DNA of 62,724 nucleotides, counting the filler, from Rhabdomonas costata (taxonomy: Eukaryota): assembly GCA_019059605.1 (NCBI GenBank). It is 25 parts of 25 records of this genome, joined end to end, with 100 filler letters (N's around TTAATTAATTAA, not from the genome) between each part and the next. Parts side by side here need not be neighbours in the genome. Positions count along the whole stretch, not along the records: positions 22,618 to 25,028 come from JAHMHO010003544.1; positions 25,129 to 27,539 come from JAHMHO010003545.1; positions 27,640 to 30,051 come from JAHMHO010003546.1; positions 30,152 to 32,563 come from JAHMHO010003547.1; positions 32,664 to 35,107 come from JAHMHO010003548.1; positions 35,208 to 37,618 come from JAHMHO010003549.1; 19 more parts are not named here. The stretch is one strand, 5' to 3'. The translations under genes were made by a program, and so were the position numbers. Positions 23,157 through 36,169 of this stretch are shown in pieces. The notes under the pieces were generated by a model that had not been told where the DNA came from, did not search any database, and was given only the letters and a program-made list of their open reading frames with translations. Position 1 is the stretch's first letter. Every line of letters starts with the position of its first letter.

Positions 23157-24712
23157 TTTCACTGAACAAAACTTTTGTCTTGAATGAATCTGAATGCACA
23201 CTGAATTTTCGAGATCCTCACGGAATGCAGCTGAATGCACTCATTTCTGTAGTTTCTTGTTTGGATTCCCCTTAAAAGTGCTGCCTGGATTGCGGAGTTC
23301 TGAGCTCTGAGCTCTGAGTTTACGGTGTAACGTACCCCAGTACAATGACGTAGTAGTATAATGGTTATAATACCCGTTATATGGCAGCAATACATTCACC
23401 CACCAGGCAGGGCAGGGGTGATGGCCTGGCGGAAGTATAGCTCACTTCTGTGAACCCTCGGCACCCCGTTTGTGCGGGCATGCCCTTTGTTCGTGAATAC
23501 TTTGGAAAAAATGGCTTGCATTAATACAATCATAGTAGAGACTGAGTGGGGTTCCTGGACTCGAATTCCACCCCGGCCATTTGTAGGGCCAAATGGAGTG
23601 GGTCCCCCGTTGGAGGGAGGGCGCCTGTGTGAATGCGATCTGAGTTTTCATACTTCCCCAAACGGAGCGCTAAAAAAAATGGTTTCGCTCATTTCATACT
23701 TACGTTACATGGTAAATTCAGAACTCCGCTATCCGGTGGTTTTTCGCAGACTGTATGCGCTACAATCGCAAACATCTCCCCTGTGGCAAGGGCGGGCTGT
23801 GTCTGCCACGTGGTGTCTGGAATCATTCAATATAACTGATTTTCTGGAAGAAAAAAAGTATGGCGCCTGCGGCGCAAATGCATCGCTTACAAAGGCTTTT
23901 TTTTTTACAATTGTACACTAAAATGTCAGAGCGAGTCGCTGGACGTTACAATCGCCACACTGAGGAGGATAGCATTTATACACGGTCCGACGACTCCACG
24001 TGATTGCGTCACATACGTTCCTCTGAGTTTTGGGGTGTAACTATCCTTATCCACTTCTTTGTTCGGGGGTTTTCTTTGAACACACCAGCTCGCTTTGGGT
24101 CGTCGCACCCCCGGCCCTTGAAGTCATGCGGGTTTCTTTTCTTCTTCTTATATTCGCCATTTTTTTAACACCAATTCACTCATCGGAAATCGGAACAGGG
24201 CAGGCCCGCACAAACGGGGTGCCAATAGTACAGCGGGACGGCGTACCCCGCAAGCCTTAGAAACGAAAAAGATTTTTACATTTGTTTCTACACAAACAAA
24301 CACAATCCCAAGACCAAGATGTACAGAAAATACCCCACAACACTGTGTGCAAACTGGTAAGGGTGCTGCGTGCCGGCGCCAAGTTACACGTTCGAACACC
24401 GCGCAATCGCGAAACAGCGTTGGAAATCTGAGAAGGGGGCTGACATGCGAAAGCTAGAAAGAGGGGGCTGATGACGATAAAAAATTGGAGGGAGGCCGAC
24501 GAATGACAAAGAGTCATTATTATTGTTGCTATTATTATTCGCCATTATGCTGCATAATGGGGTATTATTCGCCGTAGAACTGTAATATCTTTGCACCTTA
24601 CACTGTAAACTCAGAACTCCGCCATCAATGCAGCATTTTTAAGGGGAATCCATACAAGAAATGAGTGAGTGCATTCAGTGGTAATCTCGAAGAAAGTTTT
24701 TTCGAGTGAAAA
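23157..24712. mobile_element. Foldback-like element with long degenerate inverted repeats
   Basis: 23157-23335 is an imperfect reverse complement of 24598-24712 (GGATTCCCCTTAAAA.TGCTGC...GCGGAGTTCTGAG..TTTAC.GTGTAA). A third partial copy lies at 23701-23734. Confidence 0.6.
23511..23580 (+). repeat. tRNA-like/SINE-like repeat, copy 1
   Basis: AGTAGAGACTGAGTG...CCTGGACTCGAATTCCA..CATT is shared with 45470-45518. Degenerate B-box; ends ATGGC...GCCAT can pair. Confidence 0.45.
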
Positions 24713-25128
24713 TGAGTGTTGGAAGCAAATTTCAGCTCGCCTATTTCCGTCTTTCTGTCTCTGGATTCTCGTTCTCAGATGTTGCTGCCTTCAATGTTGG
24801 CTTGGGTGACTCTACTCGCACCGAGACCTTGCACTTCTCACAACGTGACTCAAGCAGTTCTGGGTCCGGGTCCGGGTCCATAAGCACGAAGCATCCGCGG
24901 GCACCGGTGAGGGTACAAGTGGTCAGCGTGCGGTTCGTGTCCCCCCCCTCCTTTTCTAGGTTTCGCATAGTCCACAGGCTGCCAAGTGGGAAACAAACTC
25001 CAATGAATTACATTACTAAACAAAACACNNNNNNNNNNNNNNNNNNNNNNNNNNNNNNNNNNNNNNNNNNNNTTAATTAATTAANNNNNNNNNNNNNNNN
25101 NNNNNNNNNNNNNNNNNNNNNNNNNNNN

Positions 25129-26223
25129 GTGGGGGTGTTCGAGCTGGTTGGGGTGGTGTGCTCGGTGTGCTTCGAGGCCTTCGTGCTGAGGACGCCAAGG
25201 TGCGGGCTACGCCGCTCCCACTCACCCAAACAACTCTGCCGTGTAGCACCGCTGTCGCAGAGGGCTCACCTTGGCATCAGCAGCAGCTCATTCAATGGCA
25301 GTTATCACAGGAGTTCCTCGAGGCATGGCAGCCAATTAACCTCAAGCCAGGGACCCCCCATGCGAACACCCAATCTGCACGCGTCTTGACGCGGACACCT
25401 TTTGTTTTTTTTCCTTTTTTTCCCGTTGCCCATTCTCCTCATTCTCCCGTCTTTTTCTTCTGCGCACAAACATATACAGTATTCCGGTCACCCTAACCAA
25501 AGACAACTCCCGCCTTGGCACCACAGAGGGCATTCTGTCCCGTTTGGCAAGGTTCTCAAGTCAGCTCAGCTCAGCTCAGCAACAGCGGCAGCCCATACTT
25601 TGGCAGTGACCACAGAAGTTCCAGCAAATTAATTTCAAGTCAGAGGGACACCCCCGGGTTGGAGAGACTCTGGGGGTAAGCGCCCCTCATCACTGCCTGT
25701 AGACCCCGGCAACATACGCCCACACGGACTATTCTGAGAGTTGGATCCCAGAATTCAGATCCCCCAACTCTTCTGTTCATTTGCCAAGTTTCACTCCCAC
25801 AACCATTGGGTACTGTTCTGGTGACCTCTCACAACCATACATGCATCATCGCATACGAACAATGCAATGACCTTCAGAGTCAGCGCCCATTTATAGGGCT
25901 GACGGAACTTGGGCGAGAATGAGCGGTACAGGGCAACTGGATGTCCTCAAATTACAGTCGATCACTAGAAATACAAAGAGGTAGCTACAGAATTGGGACC
26001 AAGATATGGAGGGGGTGGAATAAAACGCGTGTGCGCGCAGCGTGCGTGCGTTAATGTGCATGTGTGTGTGCAGGTTACTGGCTTGCGGGCACACGTACTG
26101 CGAGTACTGCCTGCACCAGATCCGGCGGGCGCGGCAGGTGGCCTGCCCGCAGTGCACTCAGCTCACAATTCTGAACGACTCCGGGGTGTGGGGGCTTCCT
26201 GTCAACACCGACCTGGTGCCTGT
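25129..26223 (+). CDS. RING-HC finger protein (TRIM-type RING), partial
   Basis: Exons 25129-25199 and 26074-26223 splice in phase 2: CSVCFEAFVLRTPR|LLACGHTYCEYCLHQIRRARQVACPQCTQLTILNDSGVWGLPVN. Confidence 0.88.
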
Positions 26224-28007
26224 GTGAGTCTGTCTGCGTTGTGCGCGTCATTGTTGCATTCTCTGGTGGGTTTATCTGGTTTGCCACAGTGCGGAATGCA
26301 TCGGACCGTTTGTTGAGGAGAGGCCACGCTGTGAATGAGTTTGAAGACAAGTTCCTAGCATCACAGGCATGGATGGTGGCTGAGTCTGGACTTGACTGTG
26401 TATGCAGTGATCCGTGACGAACCCTACCGCAACTGAACTGTGTTTTGCAGAGAAACCCTCCTCGCAATTCCACCTTCCTCAACTTTAACTTTCTGCTGCT
26501 TCTCCTTTGGAGTCTTGTTTTCGTTCTTGGGAATGCCACTCATGGTGCTTGCTGATGGACCTTTCCTCGACGGCAGCTCCCGGCCATTCAACACTTGGAA
26601 GGTTGATCGAACAGATGCACACCAATGTCGCGGGGATGGCTCTGGAGGCTTGATATCCATATCCCTTCCCATACCCCATTGTGCCCCATGACAGATGTCT
26701 CTGATGTCATCATTTTTTTCGGTTTGATACGAAGCTGACGAAGCTTTGCTGCTGTTTAGCTTTTTCTTGGGTGAAAGCCGTAAGAAAAAGAAATCTGTCT
26801 CATTCGAGGGCAAAGCCGAAGCAGGCCTGGGTTTTCTTTGCGTATGCAGTGGGCCTCGCAAAACGCTGCGACCACCCTCAGGCCGGTACCTACCCGTGCC
26901 CCTTGGTGGCTCTTCTTTTTTATCTTGTGCCGCTTCTTTCGCCAGCGCAGCGGAGTATTTGTTGACGGCGCCCACTACGTATGTACCAAAACCCGCCAAA
27001 AGGCGGCCTGGTAAATCGCTCTCTGCCGCCCCACGGGGCAGGTTATATAGATTCCCGACGAAGTCACTGTGGTGAGTAGCTCGCATCCCCGAGGGCTCGG
27101 GAGGTGAGCACCCAATGGGCATGCGGTACACCACAGCCGACAGAATCCGGGCATATTCGCAGCTCACAAGTGCAGCAGACAATGGATCACCGAGCCATCA
27201 GCTGCACCCCAGCCAGCGCGCTATGCTCTCAACAGATGCTTGCCTCACGTGCGCCCTCTGCAGCCAAGGCAGACACGTCCAGTCATGGCACTTGACTACG
27301 AGCGAGCCAGGGACCCTGGGAATGACCCCGGAGACCGATAAAGACCGATAGAGACTCGGGTGTGAAGCCAGCACCGCCTGTTGCCCACCCAAATCACGGG
27401 GTTCATCCTGCTGTGCCTCGCGTCCTTGCCACCATTTGTCTCTCAAAGCTTTTTCTTCCTATTACTTTCTTCGACCTCCTCCATCAAGGTGTTTCGCTTC
27501 GCTCTTTCCTCTCGCTCCCTGGATCCCCCCCACCCCACCNNNNNNNNNNNNNNNNNNNNNNNNNNNNNNNNNNNNNNNNNNNNTTAATTAATTAANNNNN
27601 NNNNNNNNNNNNNNNNNNNNNNNNNNNNNNNNNNNNNNNTGTTGTTGGGGAGGAAGCAAAGTGAATCAGGCGGCAGGCTGAAAGGGAACCAGATAACGGG
27701 GGTGCACCCAAAGTTGGAAGGACGAAAAACCCGCTTCTCAAAATCCCCGTGGTTGCCAAGGGTGAGTTTCCAAAGGAGTGCTCTCTCCACATCGGGGGTT
27801 AGTCAAAGACTCTGCTCTGGCGCTGAGTTGTGAGTTCGACGATCTCGTATCTCGTTCGCCTTGCCCTCCCCTCCCCTCCCCCCTCATTATTTGTGCTCCT
27901 GGGGAACGCACCGCTGTGGTGTCCCTAGCACTTGTATTTGTTCTTGTATTGTTTTTGTTCATGTTTTCATGAAAATGGGGAGCGGGAGGTTGTCGGTGGG
28001 TTCACAG

Positions 28008-29606
28008 GTTTGTGATCATCACGGCGTATAGCGATGTTCCGGGGGTGACCGCGGAACTCACCTTGCGGGCCTCTCGGCTGCTGTCCGTATTGATGTGCGG
28101 GGGGTACATGCTGTACCTTTGGTTCCAGTTGTTCACTCACCGGGAGCTCTTCAACTCCGACCTGGAGGAGGAGGAGGAGCCCCTGTACTCGGCCTGGCTG
28201 GCCACGGCCTGCCTGGCGCTGACTACGGTGCTAATCGCGATGGAAAGCGAGTTCCTGGTGGACACCCTGCAGCCCGCGGCGGAGCAATGGGGGCTCAGCC
28301 AGGTACCACCCGCCGCCCCCTTCCGGTTTCCCCGCATCACAAGCGTTGGGCAGAAGAGTGATTTGATTTTGCTGTTGTGGACGTACACACATCAGACGTC
28401 GCCAAAGTTTGAGAATCGAGCTCCCCCCCCAAAAAAAAACTGAAAACCAGCTCCAACCTCTGTTCTTACCTTCAGTCCTGACGTGCGCATCAGTCACGAA
28501 ATACTTTCCCTCTTAACGACCTCAACTGGATGGTGTAAAAATCACTCAGGCCTTCCCTCCTGTCCCCTCCTATACCTGGACTGAGGTGTAAAGTGGACAC
28601 ATGTTTTACCCCACCTCCTCACCGTGGTGGGGTTGCCATATCCATGCTCCCTTTCTCTCAAGACCTCCAAGCTCTGATCGAAGGTAAGGTAGTTCCTTTG
28701 GGCTCTGTGCCGGGAAGGGATCCGCCATTCAACGTTCGCCATTCATCGTTGCTCACTGCAGGCCTTCATTAGTGTCATCCTTCTACCCATTGTCGGCAAC
28801 GCTGCGGAGCACGCCACGGCGATCGTGATGGCCTTCAAGGACAAGGTTGTTTCATTTGAAAGATTCAAGAGACTGCGGCCGTTCTCTTTTTTCGGTTCCT
28901 TCTCCTTCACTTTCACGGCCGTCCATACTCATTATATCCCAGATAAATTCCTCTGCGCATCCCAAAGTATTGAAAAGTGTCGCCACCACCACTACTAGCT
29001 GCTGTATGTGTCACTGTGTCACGGAGTCGTCCCCCTCCTCAACGAATAACAGCTTCTGTATGCGTGCTGTTTTGTATTGGCTGCGACACGTCATCAAAGT
29101 TTCAGACGTTGACACTATGTTCAGGCCTTTAGTGAAAAATACTCTGACGTGTTCCAAAAACAAGCAAAATGGCAAAAACGTTCAAAAAAAACGGAAAAAT
29201 ATCCATTAGCGAAAATTGTTGTTGTCTGGTTGTACTCCTGAGTGATTTGGCCCATGCTTCCGTTTCCCGCATTCTGCCCTCCCCCCGCCATCCCCGACAG
29301 ATGGACATCGCCATGGGGGTGGCCGTGGGCTCGTCGATCCAGATCTCCTTGTTTGTGATGCCTCTGATGGTGCTCGTCTCGTGGGCAATGGGCCTGGGGC
29401 TGGACCTGGAGTTCTCCGTGTTCGCCGTGGTGGTGCTGTTCAGCTCGGTGCTCATACTGGGCTCCATTGTGGTGCACGGGGTGTGCCACTGGCTGGCCGG
29501 GGCCCTGCTGCTGCTGGCCTACCTCATGGTGTGCGTGGTTTACTTATACACCCCGGACTCGGCCTCTACCGCGGCGGTACCCCCCCACAAGGGGGGCCGA
29601 GGCTGA
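28008..29606 (+). CDS. CAX: Ca2+/H+ antiporter (CAX family), 3' exons
   Basis: Exons 28008-28302, 28762-28845 and 29301-29606: YLWFQLFTH, acidic loop, [47 protein letters not shown] (alpha-2 repeat), then stop. Confidence 0.95.
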
Positions 29607-30208
29607 CCGTCCTGCTCGGCACCTCTCCCGTCCTTCTGCGTGGGCCGCCTTCCCCTGATCCTCCGTGAACTGTGCCCCGCTCTTTCTGACGGGGTTCTAC
29701 GAGGAGACAGGGCCGAGTTGACTTTTGCGTTCGTGAAAAAAAGCTTGTGAAAAAACCAAAAGGTAAACAAAAAAATCCAGGGGTGTCAGTATGTTGTCCC
29801 GCGCCATATTTTCTCTCATCGCGCCATGTGTCGACCGGTTTTGTATCGGTACGTGGTGTTGCTCCCGTTTTCATCGCACCGGGAGTGCGCTTTTCTGAGG
29901 CATGGCGTGGATTTCGTATGGCATTGGGTGGGGCCATACAAGGTGTGTCTTTGTATCAGCTGTTAATGTTGCATTGTGAGAAAGTCACGCTGTGGTGCTT
30001 CCCAGAATTCCTGGATATGTAATCAATGCAACATTAACAGCTGATACAAAANNNNNNNNNNNNNNNNNNNNNNNNNNNNNNNNNNNNNNNNNNNNTTAAT
30101 TAATTAANNNNNNNNNNNNNNNNNNNNNNNNNNNNNNNNNNNNNNNNNNNNGGATTGTTGGCGCCTCAAAAACATCACTTTCTGAGCCGCTGTCCACAAT
30201 GCGCTCAG

Positions 30209-31719
30209 CGAATTGCACGTCGGAGGGCTCTGTGGTGCTGCCGTGGGTGGAGGTGTGCCGCAACGACACGCTGTACGCCTGCAACGGCACGACGGGGGAG
30301 CTGTACCCCACCAACCAGACCTGCCCTGCGGAGGCCTCTCCGCCCACCCGTACGCCGCCGTTTGCCATTTGTGCTTTGTGCTTTGTGCTTTGGGGACGAG
30401 AGTGGGTGTCTGTGCGGTAGGGATTTCTCTCGAAGGCTGAAGCTTTTATTTCCCCAAGTCGATGACGCTACGTCTTTCTGAGTTTCGTCTTTTATGCGGA
30501 ATTGGGTTTTTGTTTGGAGGTACGCTGTCCCGAGCACCCGAGCGCGATGCAGTGGCTGTGAGTTCAGTGCTAGGAATGCGGGGACAATGTAGGTGTGCAT
30601 CATTTTGCAGTGGTATGCGAGTACCTCAACCACGGCTACGTCAACGGGGACTTCATCTGCGAGAAAGGGGCCAACCTGCGCTGCGTGAAGTCGGAATTCC
30701 GAGCCGTGGGGAGCTGCTGTACGCTGCGTCTTTCGCCTTCCGCCTTCTTTCCGCCTTTCGCCTTTGCTATGCCTTTCCTATGCTGCCGTTGTGCAGTTGC
30801 AGTGCTTCTTGTCTTGGCCTTTCACCCTTTGTCTTCTGGCTGAGGTTCAGCAGGCCAGGAGGAACGTTTTCTTTCGGATTGGGTTCATTTCTGGGAAATG
30901 AGAGAGCGAATATTTTTTGCAATGTGTGTCGGTGTGTTGTACAGCGGCGCCGCAGTGGGTGAACTGCAGCTATCTGAAGCAGCCCTGTGCCAACGCCTAC
31001 AGCTCCGAGCTGCAGACCTCGCTGGTGTACTGCGGGCCCAACGGGAACTTCAACAGCGCGAAGTCGCTGTGCTACCCGGACAGCGGGGAATACTAGTGCG
31101 TGACTTTTGCTTGCTTTTGATGGGGCGGTTGTTCAGGCAGGTAATGTGCTTTGTTTAGGTAGACATTTTTGTGTGCTTACCGGTAATGACATAGGCGATT
31201 GGAGATGCCGCTGAGCCAAGAAAGGAACGTTTGATTTGATTTGGGATGTTGTGGTGCCTTCTTATTTTGCTTTGCTTTGCTGTGGGCACCTCTGCGGTCA
31301 CAGCTGCAGCAACAACTACCTGGGGACGAAGCAGGACTGGATCATCCGGTGTGCCCCAGACTCACTCGCTCCGCTCGATCGATCTCTTCCCACCCCGGTC
31401 CTTCACGATGGGTTTGGGTCGAAGACATTGTGATCGCTGGATAGGCGTCGGTCGTGGACGCGATGTTTGGGAGCACAAAAAGAGGCAGAACGAGTCCCTC
31501 CCCCCTCGCGCATTGCAGTTGCCCTTTATTCCTCCTTTTGGGCTGTGCCGTGGGTGGAGGCGTGGGGCAAATGCCTCCCTCCTCCTCCCCTGTCTCTTTC
31601 TCTCTCTCTCTCTCCAATCCTTGCTCACTACAGGTCCCCTGGGGCGAGCCACTTCGGATTCCCCTGCCCCCGACGCTGAAGTCCACCAATGCGATGGATA
31701 CTGTCAATGCTGGTGGTAG
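30209..31719 (+). CDS. Cys-rich, probably secreted protein of unknown family (3' five exons)
   Basis: GT-AG exons 30209-30349, 30611-30718, 30945-31095, 31304-31350 and 31634-31719 are phase-consistent and end CPLGRATSDSPAPDAEVHQCDGYCQCWW*. Several NxT/S sequons. Confidence 0.65.
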
Positions 31720-32828
31720 TGGTGCTGGTGTTGGTGTTGTCCCAGTTCAAGAGAAGGAGCTTCTACCGCTGCGATTGGAATTTAAGATAAAGATGCTTTC
31801 TTCTACTTTATTTTTTTCGTTGGCTTTCGTGTTTGCATTGTGGTCTGGGCTTCGTGGTTGGCTACGCTTCCTGCTGAGTTGGTATATTAAGATGTATGCT
31901 CGGTCTTTTCTATTTGTAGCCATTCGTATCAGGGTTAAAGTGCGGCTTCGGTTTCATCAGCTGTGGTTTGTACCGAACCCCAGTCTCTCCCGCCGCTGCA
32001 GAGATGCCTGGCTGGATACCCCAAGTGCATAGGGGCGTTTCCCACTACCCTTGCGCCTATGTATGTTCGCCCCCGTGCCTGCAGTTCTAGTTTCGTTTCC
32101 CCTGTGGCATCCAAATCCCCCATCTAAGTGTTGCTTTTTTCGATGCCATTCCTGTGGTGTTTCGCTGCTCTCGGCCCCTCCCCCGGTGACTTGAGCTCTC
32201 TCTTGGAGAGAGTGAGAGGGTACGAGTGGATTGAGTAGATTGCGGCACACTGGAATGGTTTGTATCGTTTCCTATCGCGCCGAGATTATGGACTGGATGA
32301 TGGAACTGCGTTGTGGGTTGTTATTTTGACTGCCGGCTTGCGAGTGGCGGTACTGGTTTGGCAAAGGTTCGCCGCTGCACAAGGGGAACGAGCAGAAAAA
32401 GGTGCGGGGACAGATGACAGGCCGTCACCCCAGCTTGGTCACTGCCGGATGTGTTTCTCCTGGTGGTTGATTTGGTTGATATGCAGCTCTGTGGCGAAGG
32501 GCTGTGCTTGGGGTCTTAGGGCCTTACATCTGTGCAGCCCTTCGCCACAGAGCTGCATATCAANNNNNNNNNNNNNNNNNNNNNNNNNNNNNNNNNNNNN
32601 NNNNNNNTTAATTAATTAANNNNNNNNNNNNNNNNNNNNNNNNNNNNNNNNNNNNNNNNNNNNGGGTTGTGTGACTGGACCCTACTCTTTTCAGCTTGAC
32701 ACACACAAGCATTTTTTTCTGCTTGATTCTGGAAGAATGTTCCAGTCACATTGCTCCCATTGGGTTATTGCCTTCCGATAGAAGTTTCCTGTTACCATAG
32801 AACCAGGTTCTCTTTCCCATGTATGCAG

Positions 32829-34613
32829 CTTGACACCCAGCTCTCCACGGCTCGGATCGTCAGCAGCGTCATCCACGAGGTGGGCTACAATGCAAACCTC
32901 CAGACCATGATTCTCACCATGATGAAGTCCGTGAATGTGATGGGGATGATGATGGACAACCTGTTCGAGTACAACAACATCGACAAGGTCGCCCTGGTGG
33001 CCCAAGTACTGGGCGCGGTGACGCAGCAGCTGTATTCCCAAGGCCTAGGGGATGCGGTTCCTGGCGTCTTTACCGCGGTGAACTCCGCTGGGGCGCTTCC
33101 CGAGGGTCATGAGGTGATTCTGGGGCAAGCCGTGGACGGCACGGTCAGCCTTTTGAGCGGGTGCCAGTCCGCGAGCTGTGGAAGCTCGGTCACGGTTCAG
33201 GCTGCACTGCAGGCCTCAGCCCGGGACCGGGGCAGCGGAGGGCTTTTCGGGTCTTCAGTGTTCGCCGGGTATTCCGCGGTTACTTTGAGCCGCGGTGGTG
33301 TGGCAGGGCTAGGGCTTGTGTACACGGTCCCGCTGGAGTACTCGCAAAACCAGTTCGAGCAGCAGATGAACGTGTCGATAAACCAGGTGATTAGACTGGT
33401 TCCTTGTTTTGTTTTTCCACACTTCACCAGATTTCGTGAGGTTGGGCGAATGATTTTGGCATGAGTTCGCACGTGCGAGTGTTCTTTGGTTCCACCCGCA
33501 CTGCGCAGTCCCGTAGTCAAGTAAGGGGTCAGTGAGAATTCCGTTGGATAGCGAGCTTAACTCATGGACTTGTTGAGGATTTTAAACCATTGCTGGAAAT
33601 TCGTTCACCGCTCACCGCTTGCTCTAGGCTGAAATGCAGCACCACCACCGTTTCTACGAACAGGTTAGCGCAGATCCGCGCTCGGGGACCATGGGCATGA
33701 AACTGTTTACGATGCAGAAGCCCATCAACAAAGCCGCCCGGACCATCTCCACGGCGACACCGCTGACCTTCCTGGGCGCTCGCAACATCAGCCTGCTGTA
33801 CGAAATCGATGTCTCGGAGATGGTCACGGGGATCATGGCGTCGCTGAGCGCTGCGGTGGACGCGATCAACCTTGGGCTGAACAGCAGCCAGACCTTGCTA
33901 CTGGGAGTGAAGACGGCTTCCAGCGGCACCGCCTCCTCCATGGGATACAGGCATCTGAATGAGCCGAAGCATGGATGTGCAGGGGGTTGTGGGGTTGACC
34001 AGGCGATGGCATTGGCGGTCTCGAAGTGCGAGGACGGTGTTGGGGAGCTTGTGGACTACCGCGGGGTTTCCGTTATTGCGGGCTATGCCTGCCTCCCGGA
34101 CCTGGACGCTGGTATAGCATGTGGCCGCCTATCGTCTTGTTTTATCACTTCTTGTGATATTTTTCTTTGGTCCCTGTGGTTTCCTTTGCAGGTATGGTTC
34201 TTGAGATGGACACAGCAGTCATTGTCGAGGACAGCCTTGAGCAGGTCGTCGACTTCGCAAACGCCTACAATAGCAACACAAGCGGAAGCACCGAGCTGAT
34301 GCTGGGTATCCTGGACTGCCCCACCTCATCCACTTCGAGGCAGGACTGCCCCATCAAGCTTCTGACGACCTTCAAGTCCTCTGATGCGGGCTGTGGTTCT
34401 ACCGATTCTGGGTGCGAGGGCTGGGCGTCTGGGTTTAAACCCATGAGACGAGCGCTTTCCGGTGACACCGGGCTGACGGTCGCCTCGGACTACCACGGCG
34501 ATGAAGTGACGGCGGCCTACGCCTACTCCGAGGCCCTGGGCCTTGGGTTTGTGATGAAGATCAGCACGTGGGACTTCATTCGGCCCCTTGTGGTCCAGCT
34601 GGCAGTACTTGTG
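32829..34613 (+). CDS. Protein with tandem Cache/PAS-like sensory repeats (partial)
   Basis: Exons 32829-33386, 33628-34111 and 34192-34613. Repeated units end GELVDYRGVSVIAGYACLPDLDAGMVLEMD, ASDYHGDEVTAAYAYSEALGLGFVMKIS and GLFGSSVFAGYSAV..GLGLVYTVP. Confidence 0.7.
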
Positions 34614-34885
34614 GTGAGACGTTCTCCTTTTTCTATATCTCGCTGCTTCCGCTGTTTCGGTTGTCGCTTGTTGCAGTTCCAGTGCCTTCCTGTGTGCCCC
34701 AGACCGTTCGGTATCCCTGGGCATCTCTCTTTCCCACTGTTCTTCTTAATTATAGGTCCCTGCGCGGCTGACATGTCTTAAGGAAGTTTGAATGACAAAT
34801 GGCTCACAGTTATCCCTGTTACCGTAACGAAACGAGGTGCGAGTGTAGTGTAGGGTTTAGTGTTTAGAAATGTACGTGTGTGTGC

Positions 34886-34887
<2 letters not shown>

Positions 34888-34922
<35 letters not shown>
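34888..34922. repeat. (GT)n microsatellite, about 17 units
   Basis: Uninterrupted GT run. Confidence 0.95.
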
Positions 34923-34923
<1 letters not shown>

Positions 34924-36169
34924 CGATTTTAATGGAGCTTTTTTGTGCGCGAAGTAGTCAAAGCCTCGGTGACGTGTTTTGTCCCGCCTCCAGGTTAGTG
35001 GCGGGTAGTTATCCCTGTACTAGTTTTGAAGGTTAGAGCTGGTATGGGAATGCTAGGCAGGTTTTATTCGGGTTTTTTCACCCGTCGACGGGTGCAAAAA
35101 ACCCAACNNNNNNNNNNNNNNNNNNNNNNNNNNNNNNNNNNNNNNNNNNNNTTAATTAATTAANNNNNNNNNNNNNNNNNNNNNNNNNNNNNNNNNNNNN
35201 NNNNNNNTCCCTCGGCGTCTATCGCCTTGTCGCACCTATAGGTTGCTCCAGGTTGATCTAGTGCGCTGTATTTCCATCCAGGTCCATCTCTTTTACAGCA
35301 CTGTGAACTCTTCACCCGGATGCTACCAGAACCGCGAGGTTCGATACATGGCAGCGGACAACGAGAAGGCACAAGACCATGAACCGTGCCTGAATGGGAC
35401 TACAATTACGACCGTCTGGATGGCTGTCAGCCGCGATTAAAGAAGCTGACGAACCTCTCTCAGCTCTTTGGGCCTCGGAGCTGTTATAAAAACAACGAGC
35501 ACTATCTGGGGACGTCGAGATGAGCTAGCGCCATCGAGCACCTTATCGCAGCCAATATTTGATCTGTCTTTTCTGAGGCACTGTACGCAAGTTACCTTTA
35601 CTTTTGTTACCTGGAGGATGGAGTGTGACTTCGGGCGGGATTTTTTTATGGAAGCAATCCAATCAATGGAAAAATCCAAAGTTATCCCTTCGGAATTATC
35701 GGAAAGTATTCGGTTTGAAATGCGGTTGGAACAGTCGCTTTTGAAGGCTTTGTTTTCCACACCACATTCACTCCTTTGCCTTTTTCTTTTACAACTGCCA
35801 ACTGTCAGCATGGTTGCATACAGTCTAACAGTAAAAGCAGCACATAGTGCCACCAGTTTACAAGAGCCAAATGGTTTTCAATGCTGGATCTCTGTGTGGA
35901 CGCTCAACAACAGTGAGCACTTCTCCCACTACTTTGTTGGAATGAAAAAGAAGCGATGCAGGGATGAAAGATGCATGAAGGATTTGTGCTGATGCCTCAT
36001 GAGCGTTTTGTCGCAAGAGAAGGCCAGAACATTCCTACTTGCGCCTCTGTCACCTGCTGATCACATACTGCGAAAATGTGCGCAATATCCATGGTCGTCG
36101 ACAATATATAAGGGTCCAGGGTTCAAGCAAGCACACTTCCATGCGCGTAATCTTCGATCCACTTTACTC

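Noticed and set aside
27115-27351. CLTCALCSQGRH as a B-box following the RING finger
   Set aside because: Ligand spacing does not fit and I could not define splice sites linking it to the RING exons.
34806-34830. GTTATCCCTGTTACC resembling an I-SceI site or rRNA fragment
   Set aside because: Only a short partial match with no supporting context.
32664-35107. Contig is 2444 bp while neighbours are 2409-2414 bp (possible insertion)
   Set aside because: The ~32-nt excess is about the size of the (GT)n tract and could come from polishing or gap filling; no foreign segment seen.
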